From contig OZ059895.1 in NCBI GenBank assembly GCA_964057225.1, positions 10,788,001 to 10,852,000 on the forward strand: DNA of 64,000 nucleotides. The letters run 5' to 3'. Of this stretch, positions 40,701-53,485 are shown piece by piece (the stretch's first letter is position 1; every line of letters starts with the position of its first letter). The notes below the pieces were generated by a model. It saw only the letters and a list, made by a program, of their open reading frames with translations. It was not told where the DNA came from and ran no database searches. The stretch is from Auanema rhodensis (lineage: Eukaryota; Animalia; Nematoda). A program made the position numbers and the translations under genes.

Positions 40701-43700
40701 TTATGAACCAGTAGTTAATGAACCTTCATGGCCCGGTTAGTAGTTGGATCGGAGACGGCTTGGGAATCCCGGGTGGCGTAAGCTTTTCAAATTTTTTTAA
40801 CAATCATAACACGTTGAAAGTACGCCATTCAGCTGATTTTCAATTTTATCTCTTCCGTAAAAAATGTTTCCAATTTTCAAGCAATCTTACTTAGATAGCA
40901 AAACCCAAGGCAGTAAATTATCTTTAATCTTGATTCTATATTACAGTTATGAACCAGTAGTTAATGAACCTTCATGGCCCGGTTAGTAGTTGGATCGGAG
41001 ACGGCTTGGGAATTCCGGGTGGCGTAAGTTTTACAAATTTTTTTAACAATCATAACACGTTGAAAGTACGCCATTCAGCTGATTTTCAATTTTATCTCTT
41101 CCGTAATAAATGTTTTCAATTTTCAAGCAGTCTTACTTAGATAGCTCAAACCACGGCAGCAAATTATCTTCAATCTTATTTCTATATTACAGTTATGAAC
41201 CAGTAGTTAATGAACCTTCATGGCCCGGTTAGTAGTTGGATCGGAGACGGCTTGGGAATTCCGGGTGGCGTAAGTTTTACAAATTTTTTTAACAATCATA
41301 ACACGTTGAAAGTACGCCATTCAGCTGATTTTCAATTTTATCTCTTCCGTAATAAATGTTTTCAATTTTCAAGCAGTCTTACTTAGATAGCAAAACCCAA
41401 GGCAGCAAATTATCTTTAATCTTGATTCTATATTACAGCTATGAACCAGTAGTTAATGAACCTTTATGGCCCGGTTAGTAGTTGGATCGGAGACGGCTTG
41501 GAAATCCCGGGTGGCGTAAGCTTTTCAAATTTTTTTAACAATCATAACATGTTAAAAGTACTCCATGCAGCTGATTTTTAATTTTGTCTCTTCCGTAACA
41601 AATTTATTCAATTTTCAAGCAGTTTTACTTAGATAGCTCAAACCACGGCAGCAAATTATCTTTAATCTTGATTCTATATTACAGCTATGAACCAGTAGTT
41701 AATGAACCTTTATGGCCCGGTTAGTAGTTGGATCGGAGACGGCTTGGAAATCCCGGGTGGCGTAAGCTTTTCAAATTTTTTTAACAATCATAACATGTTA
41801 AAAGTACTCCATGCAGCTGATTTTTAATTTTGTCTCTTCCGTAACAAATTTATTCAATTTTCAAGCAGTTTTACTTAGATAGCTCAAACCACGGCAGCAA
41901 ATTATCTTTAATCTTGATTCTATATTACAGCTATGAACCAGTAGTTAATGAACCTCCATGGCCGGTTAGTAGTTGGATCGGAGACGGCTTGGGAATCTTG
42001 GGTGGCGTAAGCTTTTCAAATTTTTTTAACAATCATAACACGTTAAAAGTACGCCATGCAGCTGATTTTCATTTTTGTCTCTTCCGTAACAAATTTATTC
42101 GATTTTCAAGCAGTTTTACTTAGATAGCTCAAACCACGGCAGCAAATTATCTTCAATCTTATTTCTATATTACAGTTATGAACCAGTAGTTAAAGAACCT
42201 TCATGGCCCGGTTAGTAGTTGGATCGGAGACGGCTTGGAAATCCCGGGTGGCGTAAGCTTTTCAAATTTTTTTAACAATCATAACATGTTAAAAGTACTC
42301 CATGCAGCTGATTTTTAATTTTGTCTCTTCTGTAACAAATTTATTCAATTTTCAAGCAGTTTTACTTAGATAGCTCAAACCACGGCAGCAAATTATCTTC
42401 AATCTTATTTCTATATTACAGTTATGAACCAGTAGTTAAAGAACCTTCATGGCCCGGTTAGTAGTTGGATCGGAGACGGCTTGGGAATCCCGGGTGGCGT
42501 AAGCTTTTCAAATTTTTTTAACAATCATAACACGTTGAAAGTACGCCATTCAGCTGATTTTCAATTTTATCTCTTCCGTAAAAAATGTTTCCAATTTTCA
42601 AGCAATCTTACTTAGATAGCAAAACCCAAGGCAGTAAATTATCTTTAATCTTGATTCTATATTACAGTTATGAACCAGTAGTTAATGAACCTTCATGGCC
42701 CGGTTAGTAGTTGGATCGGAGACGGCTTGGGAATTCCGGGTGGCGTAAGTTTTACAAATTTTTTTAACAATCATAACACGTTGAAAGTACGCCATTCAGC
42801 TGATTTTCAATTTTATCTCTTCCGTAATAAATGTTTTCAATTTTCAAGCAGTCTTACTTAGATAGCTCAAACCACGGCAGCAAATTATCTTCAATCTTAT
42901 TTCTATATTACAGTTATGAACCAGTAGTTAATGAACCTTCATGGCCCGGTTAGTAGTTGGATCGGAGACGGCTTGGGAATTCCGGGTGGCGTAAGTTTTA
43001 CAAATTTTTTTAACAATCATAACACGTTGAAAGTACGCCATTCAGCTGATTTTCAATTTTATCTCTTCCGTAATAAATGTTTTCAATTTTCAAGCAGTCT
43101 TACTTAGATAGCAAAACCCAAGGCAGCAAATTATCTTTAATCTTGATTCTATATTACAGCTATGAACCAGTAGTTAATGAACCTTTATGGCCCGGTTAGT
43201 AGTTGGATCGGAGACGGCTTGGAAATCCCGGGTGGCGTAAGCTTTTCAAATTTTTTTAACAATCATAACATGTTAAAAGTACTCCATGCAGCTGATTTTT
43301 AATTTTGTCTCTTCCGTAACAAATTTATTCAATTTTCAAGCAGTTTTACTTAGATAGCTCAAACCACGGCAGCAAATTATCTTTAATCTTGATTCTATAT
43401 TACAGCTATGAACCAGTAGTTAATGAACCTCCATGGCCGGTTAGTAGTTGGATCGGAGACGGCTTGGGAATCTTGGGTGGCGTAAGCTTTTCAAATTTTT
43501 TTAACAATCATAACACGTTAAAAGTACGCCATGCAGCTGATTTTCATTTTTGTCTCTTCCGTAACAAATTTATTCGATTTTCAAGCAGTTTTACTTAGAT
43601 AGCTCAAACCACGGCAGCAAATTATCTTCAATCTTATTTCTATATTACAGTTATGAACCAGTAGTTAAAGAACCTTCATGGCCCGGTTAGTAGTTGGATC

Positions 43701-44629
43701 GGAGACGGCTTGGAAATCCCGGGTGGCGTAAGCTTTTCAAATTTTTTTAACAATCATAACATGTTAAAAGTACTCCATGCAGCTGATTTTTAATTTTGTC
43801 TCTTCCGTAACAAACTTATTCAATTTTCAAGCAGTTTTACTTAGATAGCTCAAACCACGGCAGCAAATTATCTTCAATCTTATTTCTATATTACAGTTAT
43901 GAACCAGTAGTTAAAGAACCTTCATGGCCCGGTTAGTAGTTGGATCGGAGACGGCTTGGGAATCCCGGGTGGCGTAAGCTTTTCAAATTTTTTTAACAAT
44001 CATAACACGTTGAAAGTACGCCATTCAGCTGATTTTCAATTTTATCTCTTCCGTAAAAAATGTTTTCAATTTTCAAGCAATCTTACTTAGATAGCAAAAC
44101 CCAAGGCAGTAAATTATCTTTAATCTTGATTCTATATTACAGCTATGAACCAGTAGTTAATGAACCTCCATGGCCGGTTAGTAGTTGGATCGGAGACGGC
44201 TTGGGAATCTTGGGTGGCGTAAGCTTTTCAAATTTTTTTAACAATCATAACACGTTAAAAGTACGCCATGCAGCTGATTTTCATTTTTGTCTCTTCCGTA
44301 ACAAATTTATTCGATTTTCAAGCAGTTTTACTTAGATAGCTCAAACCACGGCAGCAAATTAACTTCAATCTTATTTCTATATTACAGTTATGAACCAGTA
44401 GTTAATGAACCTTCATGGCCCGGTTAGTAGTTGGATCGGAGACGGCTTGGGAATTCCGGGTGGCGTAAGTTTTACAAATTTTTTTAACAATCACAACACG
44501 TTGAAAGTACGCCATTCAGCTGATTTTCAATTTTATCTCTTCCGTAAAAAATGTTTTCAATTTTCAAGCAATCTTACTTAGATAGCAAAACCCAAGGCAG
44601 TAAATTATCTTTAATCTTGATTCTATATT

Positions 44630-44659
44630 CAATTTTATCTTCAATCTTATTTCTATATT
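44630..44659 (+). other. 30-bp register-breaking insertion built from monomer fragments
   Basis: ctatatt|caattttatct|tcaatcttatttctatatt|acag. It explains the 1013-bp ORF spacing 44060->45073 (983+30). Confidence 0.9.
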
Positions 44660-47600
44660 ACAGTTATGAACCAGTAGTTAAAGAACCTTCATGGCCCGGT
44701 TAGTAGTTGGATCGGAGACGGCTTGGAAATCCCGGGTGGCGTAAGCTTTTCAAATTTTTTTAACAATCATAACATGTTAAAAGTACTCCATGCAGCTGAT
44801 TTTTAATTTTGTCTCTTCCGTAACAAATTTATTCAATTTTCAAGCAGTTTTACTTAGATAGCTCAAACCACGGCAGCAAATTATCTTCAATCTTATTTCT
44901 ATATTACAGTTATGAACCAGTAGTTAAAGAACCTTCATGACCCGGTTAGTAGTTGGATCGGAGACGGCTTGGGAATCCCGGGTGGCGTAAGCTTTTCAAA
45001 TTTTTTTAACAATCATAACACGTTGAAAGTACGCCATTCAGCTGATTTTCAATTTTATCTCTTCCGTAAAAAATGTTTTCAATTTTCAAGCAATCTTACT
45101 TAGATAGCAAAACCCAAGGCAGTAAATTATCTTTAATCTTGATTCTATATTACAGCTATGAACCAGTAGTTAATGAACCTCCATGGCCGGTTAGTAGTTG
45201 GATCGGAGACGGCTTGGGAATCTTGGGTGGCGTAAGCTTTTCAAATTTTTTTAACAATCATAACACGCTAAAAGTACGCCATGCAGCTGATTTTCATTTT
45301 TGTCTCTTCCGTAACAAATTTATTCGATTTTCAAGCAGTTTTACTTAGATAGCTCAAACCACGGCAGCAAATTAACTTCAATCTTATTTCTATATTACAG
45401 TTATGAACCAGTAGTTAATGAACCTTCATGGCCCGGTTAGTAGTTGGATCGGAGACGGCTTGGGAATTCCGGGTGGCGTAAGTTTTACAAATTTTTTTAA
45501 CAATCACAACACGTTGAAAGTACGCCATTCAGCTGATTTTCAATTTTATCTCTTCCGTAAAAAATGTTTTCAATTTTCAAGCAATCTTACTTAGATAGCA
45601 AAACCCAAGGCAGTAAATTATCTTTAATCTTGATTCTATATTACAGTTATGAACCAGTAGTTAATGAACCTCCATGGCCGGTTAGTAGTTGGATCGGAGA
45701 CGGCTTGGGAATCCCGGGTGGCGTAAGCTTTTCAAATTTTTTTAACAATCATAACACGTTAAAAGTACGCCATGCAGCTGATTTTTAATTTTGTCTCTTC
45801 CGTAACAAATTTATTCAATTTTCAAGCAGTTTTACTTAGATAGCTCAAACCACGGCAGCAAATTATCTTCAATCTTATTTCTATATTACAGTTATGAACC
45901 AGTAGTTAATGAACCTTCATGGCCCGGTTAGTAGTTGGATCGGAGACGGCTTGGGAATCCCGGGTGGCGTAAGCTTTTCAAATTTTTTTAACAATCATAA
46001 CACGTTGAAAGTACGCCATTCAGCTGATTTTCAAATTTATCTCTTCCGTAATAAATGTTTTCAATTTTCAAGCAGTCTTACTTAGATAGCAAAACCCAAG
46101 GCAGTAAATTATCTTTAATCTTGATTCTATATTACAGCTATGAACCAGTAGTTAATGAACCTCCATGGCCGGTTAGTAGTTGGATCGGAGACGGCTTGGG
46201 AATCTTGGGTGGCGTAAGCTTTTCAAATTTTTCTAACAATCATAACACGTTGAAAGTACGCCATGCAGCTGATTTTCAATTTTATCTCTTCCGTAATAAA
46301 TGTTTTCATTTTTCAAGCAGTCTTACTTAGATAGCAAAACCCAAGGCAGCAAATTATTTTTAATCTTGATTCTATATTACAGCTATGAACCAGTAGTTAT
46401 TGAACCTCCATGGCCGGTTAGTAGTTGGATCGGAGACGGCTTGGAAATCCCGGGTGGCGTAAGCTTTTCAAATTTTTTTAACAATCATAACATGTTAAAA
46501 GTACTCCATGCAGCTGATTTTTAATTTTGTCTCTTCCGTAACAAATTTATTCAATTTTCAAGCAGTTTTACTTAGATAGCTCAAACCACGGCAGCAAATT
46601 ATCTTTAATCTTGATTCTATATTACAGCTATGAACCAGTAGTTAATGAACCTCCATGGCCGGTTAGTAGTTGGATCGGAGACGGCTTGGGAATCTTGGGT
46701 GGCGTAAGCTTTTCAAATTTTTTTAACAATCATAACACGTTAAAAGTACGCCATGCAGCTGATTTTCATTTTTGTCTCTTCCGTAACAAATTTATTCGAT
46801 TTTCAAGCAGTTTTACTTAGATAGCTCAACCCAAGGCAGCAAATTATCTTTAATCTTATTTCTATATTACAGTTATGAACCAGTAGTTAAAGAACCTTCA
46901 TGGCCCGGTTAGTAGTTGGATCGGAGACGGCTTGGAAATCCCGGGTGGCGTAAGCTTTTCAAATTTTTTTAACAATCATAACATGTTAAAAGTACTCCAT
47001 GCAGCTGATTTTTAATTTTGTCTCTTCCGTAAAAAATGTTTTCAATTTTCAAGCAGTTTTACTTAGATAGCTCAAACCACGGCAGCAAATTATCTTCAAT
47101 CTTATTTCTATATTACAGTTATGAACCAGTAGTTAAAGAACCTTCATGGCCCGGTTAGTAGTTGGATCGGAGACGGCTTGGGAATCCCGGGTGGCGTAAG
47201 CTTTTCAAATTTTTTTAACAATCATAACACGTTGAAAGTACGCCATTCAGCTGATTTTCAATTTTATCTCTTCCGTAAAAAATGTTTTCAATTTTCAAGC
47301 AATCTTACTTAGATAGCAAAACCCAAGGCAGTAAATTATCTTTAATCTTGATTCTATATTACAGTTATGAACCAGTAGTTAATGAACCTCCATGGCCGGT
47401 TAGTAGTTGGATCGGAGACGGCTTGGGAATCCCGGGTGGCGTAAGCTTTTCAAATTTTTTTAACAATCATAACACGTTAAAAGTACGCCATGCAGCTGAT
47501 TTTTAATTTTGTCTCTTCCGTAACAAATTTATTCAATTTTCAAGCAGTTTTACTTAGATAGCTCAAACCACGGCAGCAAATTATCTTCAATCTTATTTCT

Positions 47601-50600
47601 ATATTACAGTTATGAACCAGTAGTTAATGAACCTTCATGGCCCGGTTAGTAGTTGGATCGGAGACGGCTTGGGAATTCCGGGTGGCGTAAGTTTTACAAA
47701 TTTTTTTAACAATCATAACACGTTGAAAGTACGCCATTCAGCTGATTTTCAATTTTATCTCTTCCGTAATAAATGTTTTCAATTTTCAAGCAGTCTTACT
47801 TAGATAGCAAAACCCAAGGCAGCAAATTATCTTTAATCTTGATTCTATATTACAGCTATGAACCAGTAGTTAATGAACCTCCATGGCCGGTTAGTAGTTG
47901 GATCGGAGACGGCTTGGGAATCCCGGGTGGCGTAAGCTTTTCAAATTTTTTTAACAATCATAACACGTTAAAAGTACGCCATGCAGCTGATTTTTAATTT
48001 TGTCTCTTCCGTAACAAATTTATTCAATTTTCAAGCAGTTTTACTTAGATAGCTCAAACCACGGCAGCAAATTATCTTCAATCTTATTTCTATATTACAG
48101 TTATGAACCAGTAGTTAATGAACCTTCATGGCCCGGTTAGTAGTTGGATCGGAGACGGCTTGGGAATCCCGGGTGGCGTAAGCTTTTCAAATTTTTTTAA
48201 CAATCATAACACGTTGAAAGTACGCCATTCAGCTGATTTTCAAATTTATCTCTTCCGTAATAAATGTTTTCAATTTTCAAGCAGTCTTACTTAGATAGCA
48301 AAACCCAAGGCAGTAAATTATCTTTAATCTTGATTCTATATTATAGCTATGAACCAGTAGTTAATGAACCTCCATGGCCGGTTAGTAGTTGGATCGGAGA
48401 CGGCTTGGGAATCTTGGGTGGCGTAAGCTTTTCAAATTTTTCTAACAATCATAACACGTTGAAAGTACGCCATGCAGCTGATTTTCAATTTTATCTCTTC
48501 CGTAATAAATGTTTTCATTTTTCAAGCAGTCTTACTTAGATAGCAAAACCCAAGGCAGCAAATTATTTTTAATCTTGATTCTATATTACAGCTATGAACC
48601 AGTAGTTATTGAACCTCCATGGCCGGTTAGTAGTTGGATCGGAGACGGCTTGGGAATCCCGGGTGGCGTAAGCTTTTCAAATTTTTTTAACAATCATAAC
48701 ACGTTGAAAGTACGCCATGCAGCTGATTTTTAATTTTATCTCTTCCGTAACAAATGTTTCCAATTTTCAAGCAGTTTTACTTAGATAGCTCAACCCAAGG
48801 CAGCAAATTATCTTTAATCTTATTTCTATATTACATTTATGAACCAGTAGTTAATGAACCTTCATGGCCCGGTTAGTAGTTGGATCGGAGACGGCTTGGG
48901 AATCCCGGGTGGTGTAAGCTTTTCAATTTTTTTCAACAATCATAACACGTTGAAAGTACGCCATGCAGCTGATTTTCAATTTTATCTTTTCCGTAATAAA
49001 TGTTTTCATTTTTCAAGCAGTCTTACTTAGATAGCAAAACCCAAGGCAGCAAATTATCTTTAATCTTGATTTTATATTACAGCTATGAACCAGTAGTTAA
49101 TGAACCTCCATGGCCGGTTAGTAGTTGGATCGGAGACGGCTTGGGAATCCCGGGTGGCGTAAGCTTTTCAAAATTTTTTAACAATCATAACACGTTAAAA
49201 GTACGCCATGCAGCTGATTTTTAATTTTGTCTCTTCCGTAACAAATTTATTCAATTTTCAAGCAGTTTTACTTAGATAGCTCAAACCACGGCAGCAAATT
49301 ATCTTCAATCTTATTTCTATATTACAGTTATGAACCAGTAGTTAATGAACCTTCATGGCCCGGTTAGTAGTTGGATCGGAGACGGCTTGGGAATCCCGAA
49401 TGGCGTAAACTTTTCAAATTTTTTTAACAATCATTACACGTTGAAAGTACGCCATGTAGCTGATTTTTAATTTTATCTCTTCCGTAACAAATGTTTCCAA
49501 TTTTCAAGCAGTTTTACTTAGACAGCTCAACCCAAGGCAGCAAATTATCTTTAATCTTGATTCTATATTACAGCTATGAACCAGTAGTTAATGAACCTTC
49601 ATGGCCCGGTTAGTAGTTGGATCGGAGACGGCTTGGGAATCCCGGATGGCGTAAGCTTTTCAAATTTTTTTAACAATCATAACACGTTAAAAGTACGCCA
49701 TGCAGCTGATTTTTAATTTTATCTCTTCCGTAACAAATGTTTCCAATTTTCAAGCAGTTTTACTTAGATAGCTCAACCCAAGGCAGCAAATTATCTTTAA
49801 TCTTATTTCTATATTACAGTTATGAACCAGTAGTTAATGAACCTTTATGGCCCGGTTAGTAGTTGGATCGGAGACGGCTTGGGAATCCCGGGTGGTGTAA
49901 GCTTTTCAAATTTTATTAACAATCATAACACGTTGAAAGTACGCCATGCAGCTGATTTTCAATTTTATCTCTTCCGTAATAAATGCTTTCATTTTTCAAG
50001 CAGTCTTACTTAGATAGCAAAACCCAAGGCAGCAAATTATCTTTAATCTTGATTCTATATTACAGCTATGAACCAGTAGTTAATGAACCTTCATGGCCCG
50101 GTTAGTAGTTGGATCGGAGACGGCTTGGGAATCCCGGATGGCGTAAGCTTTTCAAATTTTTTTAACAATCATAACACGTTGAAAGTACGCCATGCAGCTG
50201 ATTTTTAATTTTATCTGTTCCGTAACAAATGTTTTCAATTTTCAAGCAGTTTTACTTAGACAGCTCAACCCAAGGCAGCAAATTATCTTTAATCTTATTT
50301 CTATATTACAGTTATGAACCAGTAGTTAATGAACCTTCATTTCCCGGTTAGTAGTTGAATCGGAGACGGCTTGGGAAACCAGGGTGCCGTAAGCTTTTTA
50401 AATTTTTTTAACAATCATAACACGTTGAAAGTACGCTATGCAGCTGATTTTTAATTTTGTCTCTTCTGTAATAAATGTTTTCAATTTTCAAACAGTTTTA
50501 CTTAGATAGCTCAACCCACGGCAGCAAATTATCTTTAATCTTATTTCTATACTACAGTTATGAACCAGTGGTTAATGAACCTTCATGGCCCGGTTAGTAG

Positions 50601-50744
50601 TTGGATCGGAGACAGCTTAGGAAACCAGGGTGCCGTAAGCTTCTCAAATTTTTTTAACAATCATAACACGTTGAAAGTACGCCATGCAGCTGATTTTCAA
50701 TTTTATCTCTTCCGTAACAAACGTTTTCATTTTTCAATCAGTTC

Positions 50745-50832
50745 TACTTAGATAGCTCAACCCAAGGCATCAAAATATCTGCAATCTAATTTCTATATCA
50801 CAGTTATAAACCGGTGGTTAATGAACCTTCAT
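50745..50832 (+). repeat. Diverged 88-bp partial monomer forming the left direct repeat of the cassette (partner 51335-51422); same arrangement at all nine cassettes
   Basis: tacttagatagc...aatgaaccttcat occurs on both sides of the cassette, with 8 mismatches in 88 bp by manual comparison for copy 1. Confidence 0.9.
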
Positions 50833-51333
50833 CTTAACTTTACGGTTTCTATCTTTTTCCTATTGTAACAAACATTGTGTAAACACTATACAACTGTAAA
50901 ACCTTTTTTAATTTATTGTATTTGGAGCTCATAAGATTTGATATCATCGAGGGATTCAGATGGAACGTGGAAAATTACATAACTAACACAGAAGCTCGAA
51001 CAGTGGAAGACGAAGAAAAAAATGGAATCGCACTAGAACTACCTCATATAGGACTAATATGGGATATAATGATGACGAACTGGAAATGGATCATGCCGCT
51101 CGTAGCTGTGATTGCCGCTGTTATATACGTCCTCTCTATTTCTGCTTCATTCTTCATGCCAGCTCTTATATCGGTCATACTTTCCTACTGCTGTTTGAAA
51201 AACACCAGTAATCCCCCGGTTGCAGTATCAGGAAATGCCTGATTAAATTACATTTCACCCATTGACCTAGTAGATATATTAAGATATCTGATTACAATAT
51301 TAACATATCTGAATACTATTTCAAGAAAACTAC
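50833..51333 (+). pseudogene. 500-bp cassette copy 1 (haplotype A); open frame 50916-51242 for a membrane-anchor-like gene fragment
   Basis: Non-satellite sequence cttaacttt...gaaaactac. Frame reads ...LPHIGLIWDIMMTNWKWIMPLVAVIAAVIYVLSISASFFMPALISVILSYCC... with a long hydrophobic stretch. The track start codon is TTG, not ATG. Confidence 0.6.
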
Positions 51334-51338
51334 TTACT
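51276..51338 (+). repeat. 21-bp tandem repeat (two good copies, one degenerate) at the cassette 3' end
   Basis: atattaagatatctgattaca / atattaacatatctgaatact (18/21) / atttcaagaaaactacttact (14/21 to the first copy). Confidence 0.8.
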
Positions 51339-52405
51339 TAGATAGCTCAACCCAAGGCAGCAAATTATCTTCAATCTCATTTCTATATTACAGTTATGAA
51401 CCAGTAGTTAATGAACCTTCATGGCCCGGTTAGTAGTTGAATCGGAGACGGCTTGGGAATCCCGGGTGGCGTAAGCTTTTTAAATTTTTTCAACAATCAT
51501 AACACGTTGAAAGTACGCCATGCAGCTGATTTTTAATTTTATCTGTTCCGTAACAAATGTTTTCAATTTTCAAGCAGTTTTACTTAGACAGCTCAACCCA
51601 AGGCAGCAAATTATCTTCAATCTTATTTCTATATTACAGTTATGAACCAGTAGTTAATGAACCTTTATGGCCCGGTTAGTAGTTGGATCGGAGACGGCTT
51701 GGGAATCCCGGGTGGTGTAAGCTTTTCAAATTTTTTTAACAATCATAACACGTAGAAAGTACGCCATGCAGCTGATTTTCAATTTTATCTCTTCCGTAAT
51801 AAATGTTTTCATTTTTCAAGCAGTCTTACTTAGATAGCAAAACCCAAGGCAGCAAATTATCTTTAATCTTGATTCTATATTACAGCTATGAACCAGTAGT
51901 TAATGAACCTACATGGCCGGTTAGTAGTTGGATCGGAGACGGCTTGGGAATCCCGGGTGGCGTAAGCTTTTCAAATTTTTTTAACAATCATAACACGTTA
52001 AAAGTACGCCATGCAGCTGATTTTTAATTTTGTCTCTTCCGTAACAAATTTATTCAATTTTCAAGCAGTTTTACTTAGATAGCTCAAACCACGGCAGCAA
52101 ATTATCTTCAATCTTATTTCTATATTACAGTTATGAACCAGTAGTTAATGAACCTTCATGGCCCGGTTAGTAGTTGGATCGGAGACGGCTTGGGAATCCC
52201 GGATAGCGTAAGCTTTTCAAATTTTTTTAACAATTATAACACGTTGAAAGTACGCCATGCAGCTGACTTTTAATTTTGTCTCTTCCGTAATAAATGTTTT
52301 CAATTTTCAATCAGTTCTACTTAGATAGCTCAACCCAAGGCATCAAAATATCTTCAATCTAATTTTTATATAACAGTTATAAACCGGTAGTTAATGAACC
52401 TTCAT

Positions 52406-52904
52406 CTTAACTTTACTGTTTCTATCTTTTTCCTATCGTAACAAACATTGTTAAAACACTATACAACTGAAACATTTTTTAATTTATTGTATTTGGAGCT
52501 CATAAGATTTGATATCATCGAGGGATTCAGATAAAACGTGGAAAATTACGTAACTAACACAGAAGCTCGAACAGTGGAAGACGAAGGAAAAAATGGAATC
52601 GCACTAGAACTACCTCATATAGGACTAATATGGGATATAATGATGACGAACTGGAAATGGATCATGCCGCTTGTAGCCGTGATTGCCGCTGTTATATACT
52701 TCCTCTCTACTTCTGCTTCATTCTACATGCCAGCTCTTCTATCGGTCATACTTTCCTACTGCTGTTTGAAAAACACCAGTAATCCCCCGGTTGCAGTATC
52801 AGGAAATGCCTGATTAAATTACATTTCACCCATTGACCTAGTAGATATATTAAGATATCTGATTACAATATTAACATATCTGAATACTATTTCAAGAAAA
52901 CTAC
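52406..52904 (+). pseudogene. 500-bp cassette copy 2 (haplotype B)
   Basis: 499 bp. The Trp codon TGG of copy 1 is TAA here (ttcagataaaacgtg). Confidence 0.6.
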
Positions 52905-53485
52905 TTACTTAGATAGCTCAACCCAAGGCAGCAAATTATCTTCAATCTCATTTCTATATTACAGTTATGAACCAGTAGTTAATGAACCTTCATGGCCCGG
53001 TTAGTAGTTGAATCGGAGACGGCTTGGGAATCCCGGGTGGCGTAAGCTTTTTAAATTTTTTTAACAATCATAACACGTTGAAAGTACGCCATGCAGCTGA
53101 TTTTCAATTTTGTCTCTTCTGTAATAAATGTTTTCAATTTTCAAACAGTTTTACTTAGATAGCTCAACCCACGGCAGCAAATTATCTTCAATCTTATTCC
53201 TATACTACAGTTATGAACCAGTAGTTAATGAACCTTCATGGCCCGGTTAGTAGTTGAATCGGAGACGGCTTGGGAATCCCGGGTGCCGTAAGCTTCTCAA
53301 ATTTTTTTAACAATCATAACACGTTGAAAGTACGCCATGCAGCTGATTTTCAATTTTATCTCTTCCGTAACAAATGTTTTCAATTTTCAATCAGTTCTAC
53401 TTAGATAGCTCAACCCAAGGCATCAAAATATCTTTAATCTAATTTCTATATCACAGTTATAAACCGGTGGTTAATGAACCTTCAT

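Larger units (their letters stand above)
1..50832 (+). repeat. Tandem satellite array, 245-247 bp monomer, about 207 copies, 5S rDNA-derived
   Basis: The motif ggttagtagttggatcggagacggc and all flanking sequence recur every 245-247 bp. ORF-track starts differ by near-multiples of 245-246 (563->808, 71->563, 808->1792). Orientation is uniform and the array runs off the left edge. Confidence 0.99.

Noticed and set aside
1-50832. CRISPR array
   Set aside because: There are no unique spacers, the whole 246-bp unit repeats, and no cas genes are present.
50745-51422. Intact LTR/TRIM element or independent transposon insertions with target-site duplications
   Set aside because: No TG..CA termini, tRNA primer site, adjacent polypurine tract or terminal inverted repeats were found. 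Identical junctions in nine copies indicate duplication of one event.
52538-52813. 91-aa 'MENYVTNT...' ORFs as real genes
   Set aside because: The start is a GTG just after a nonsense-mutated Trp codon, so these are truncated versions of the longer frame.
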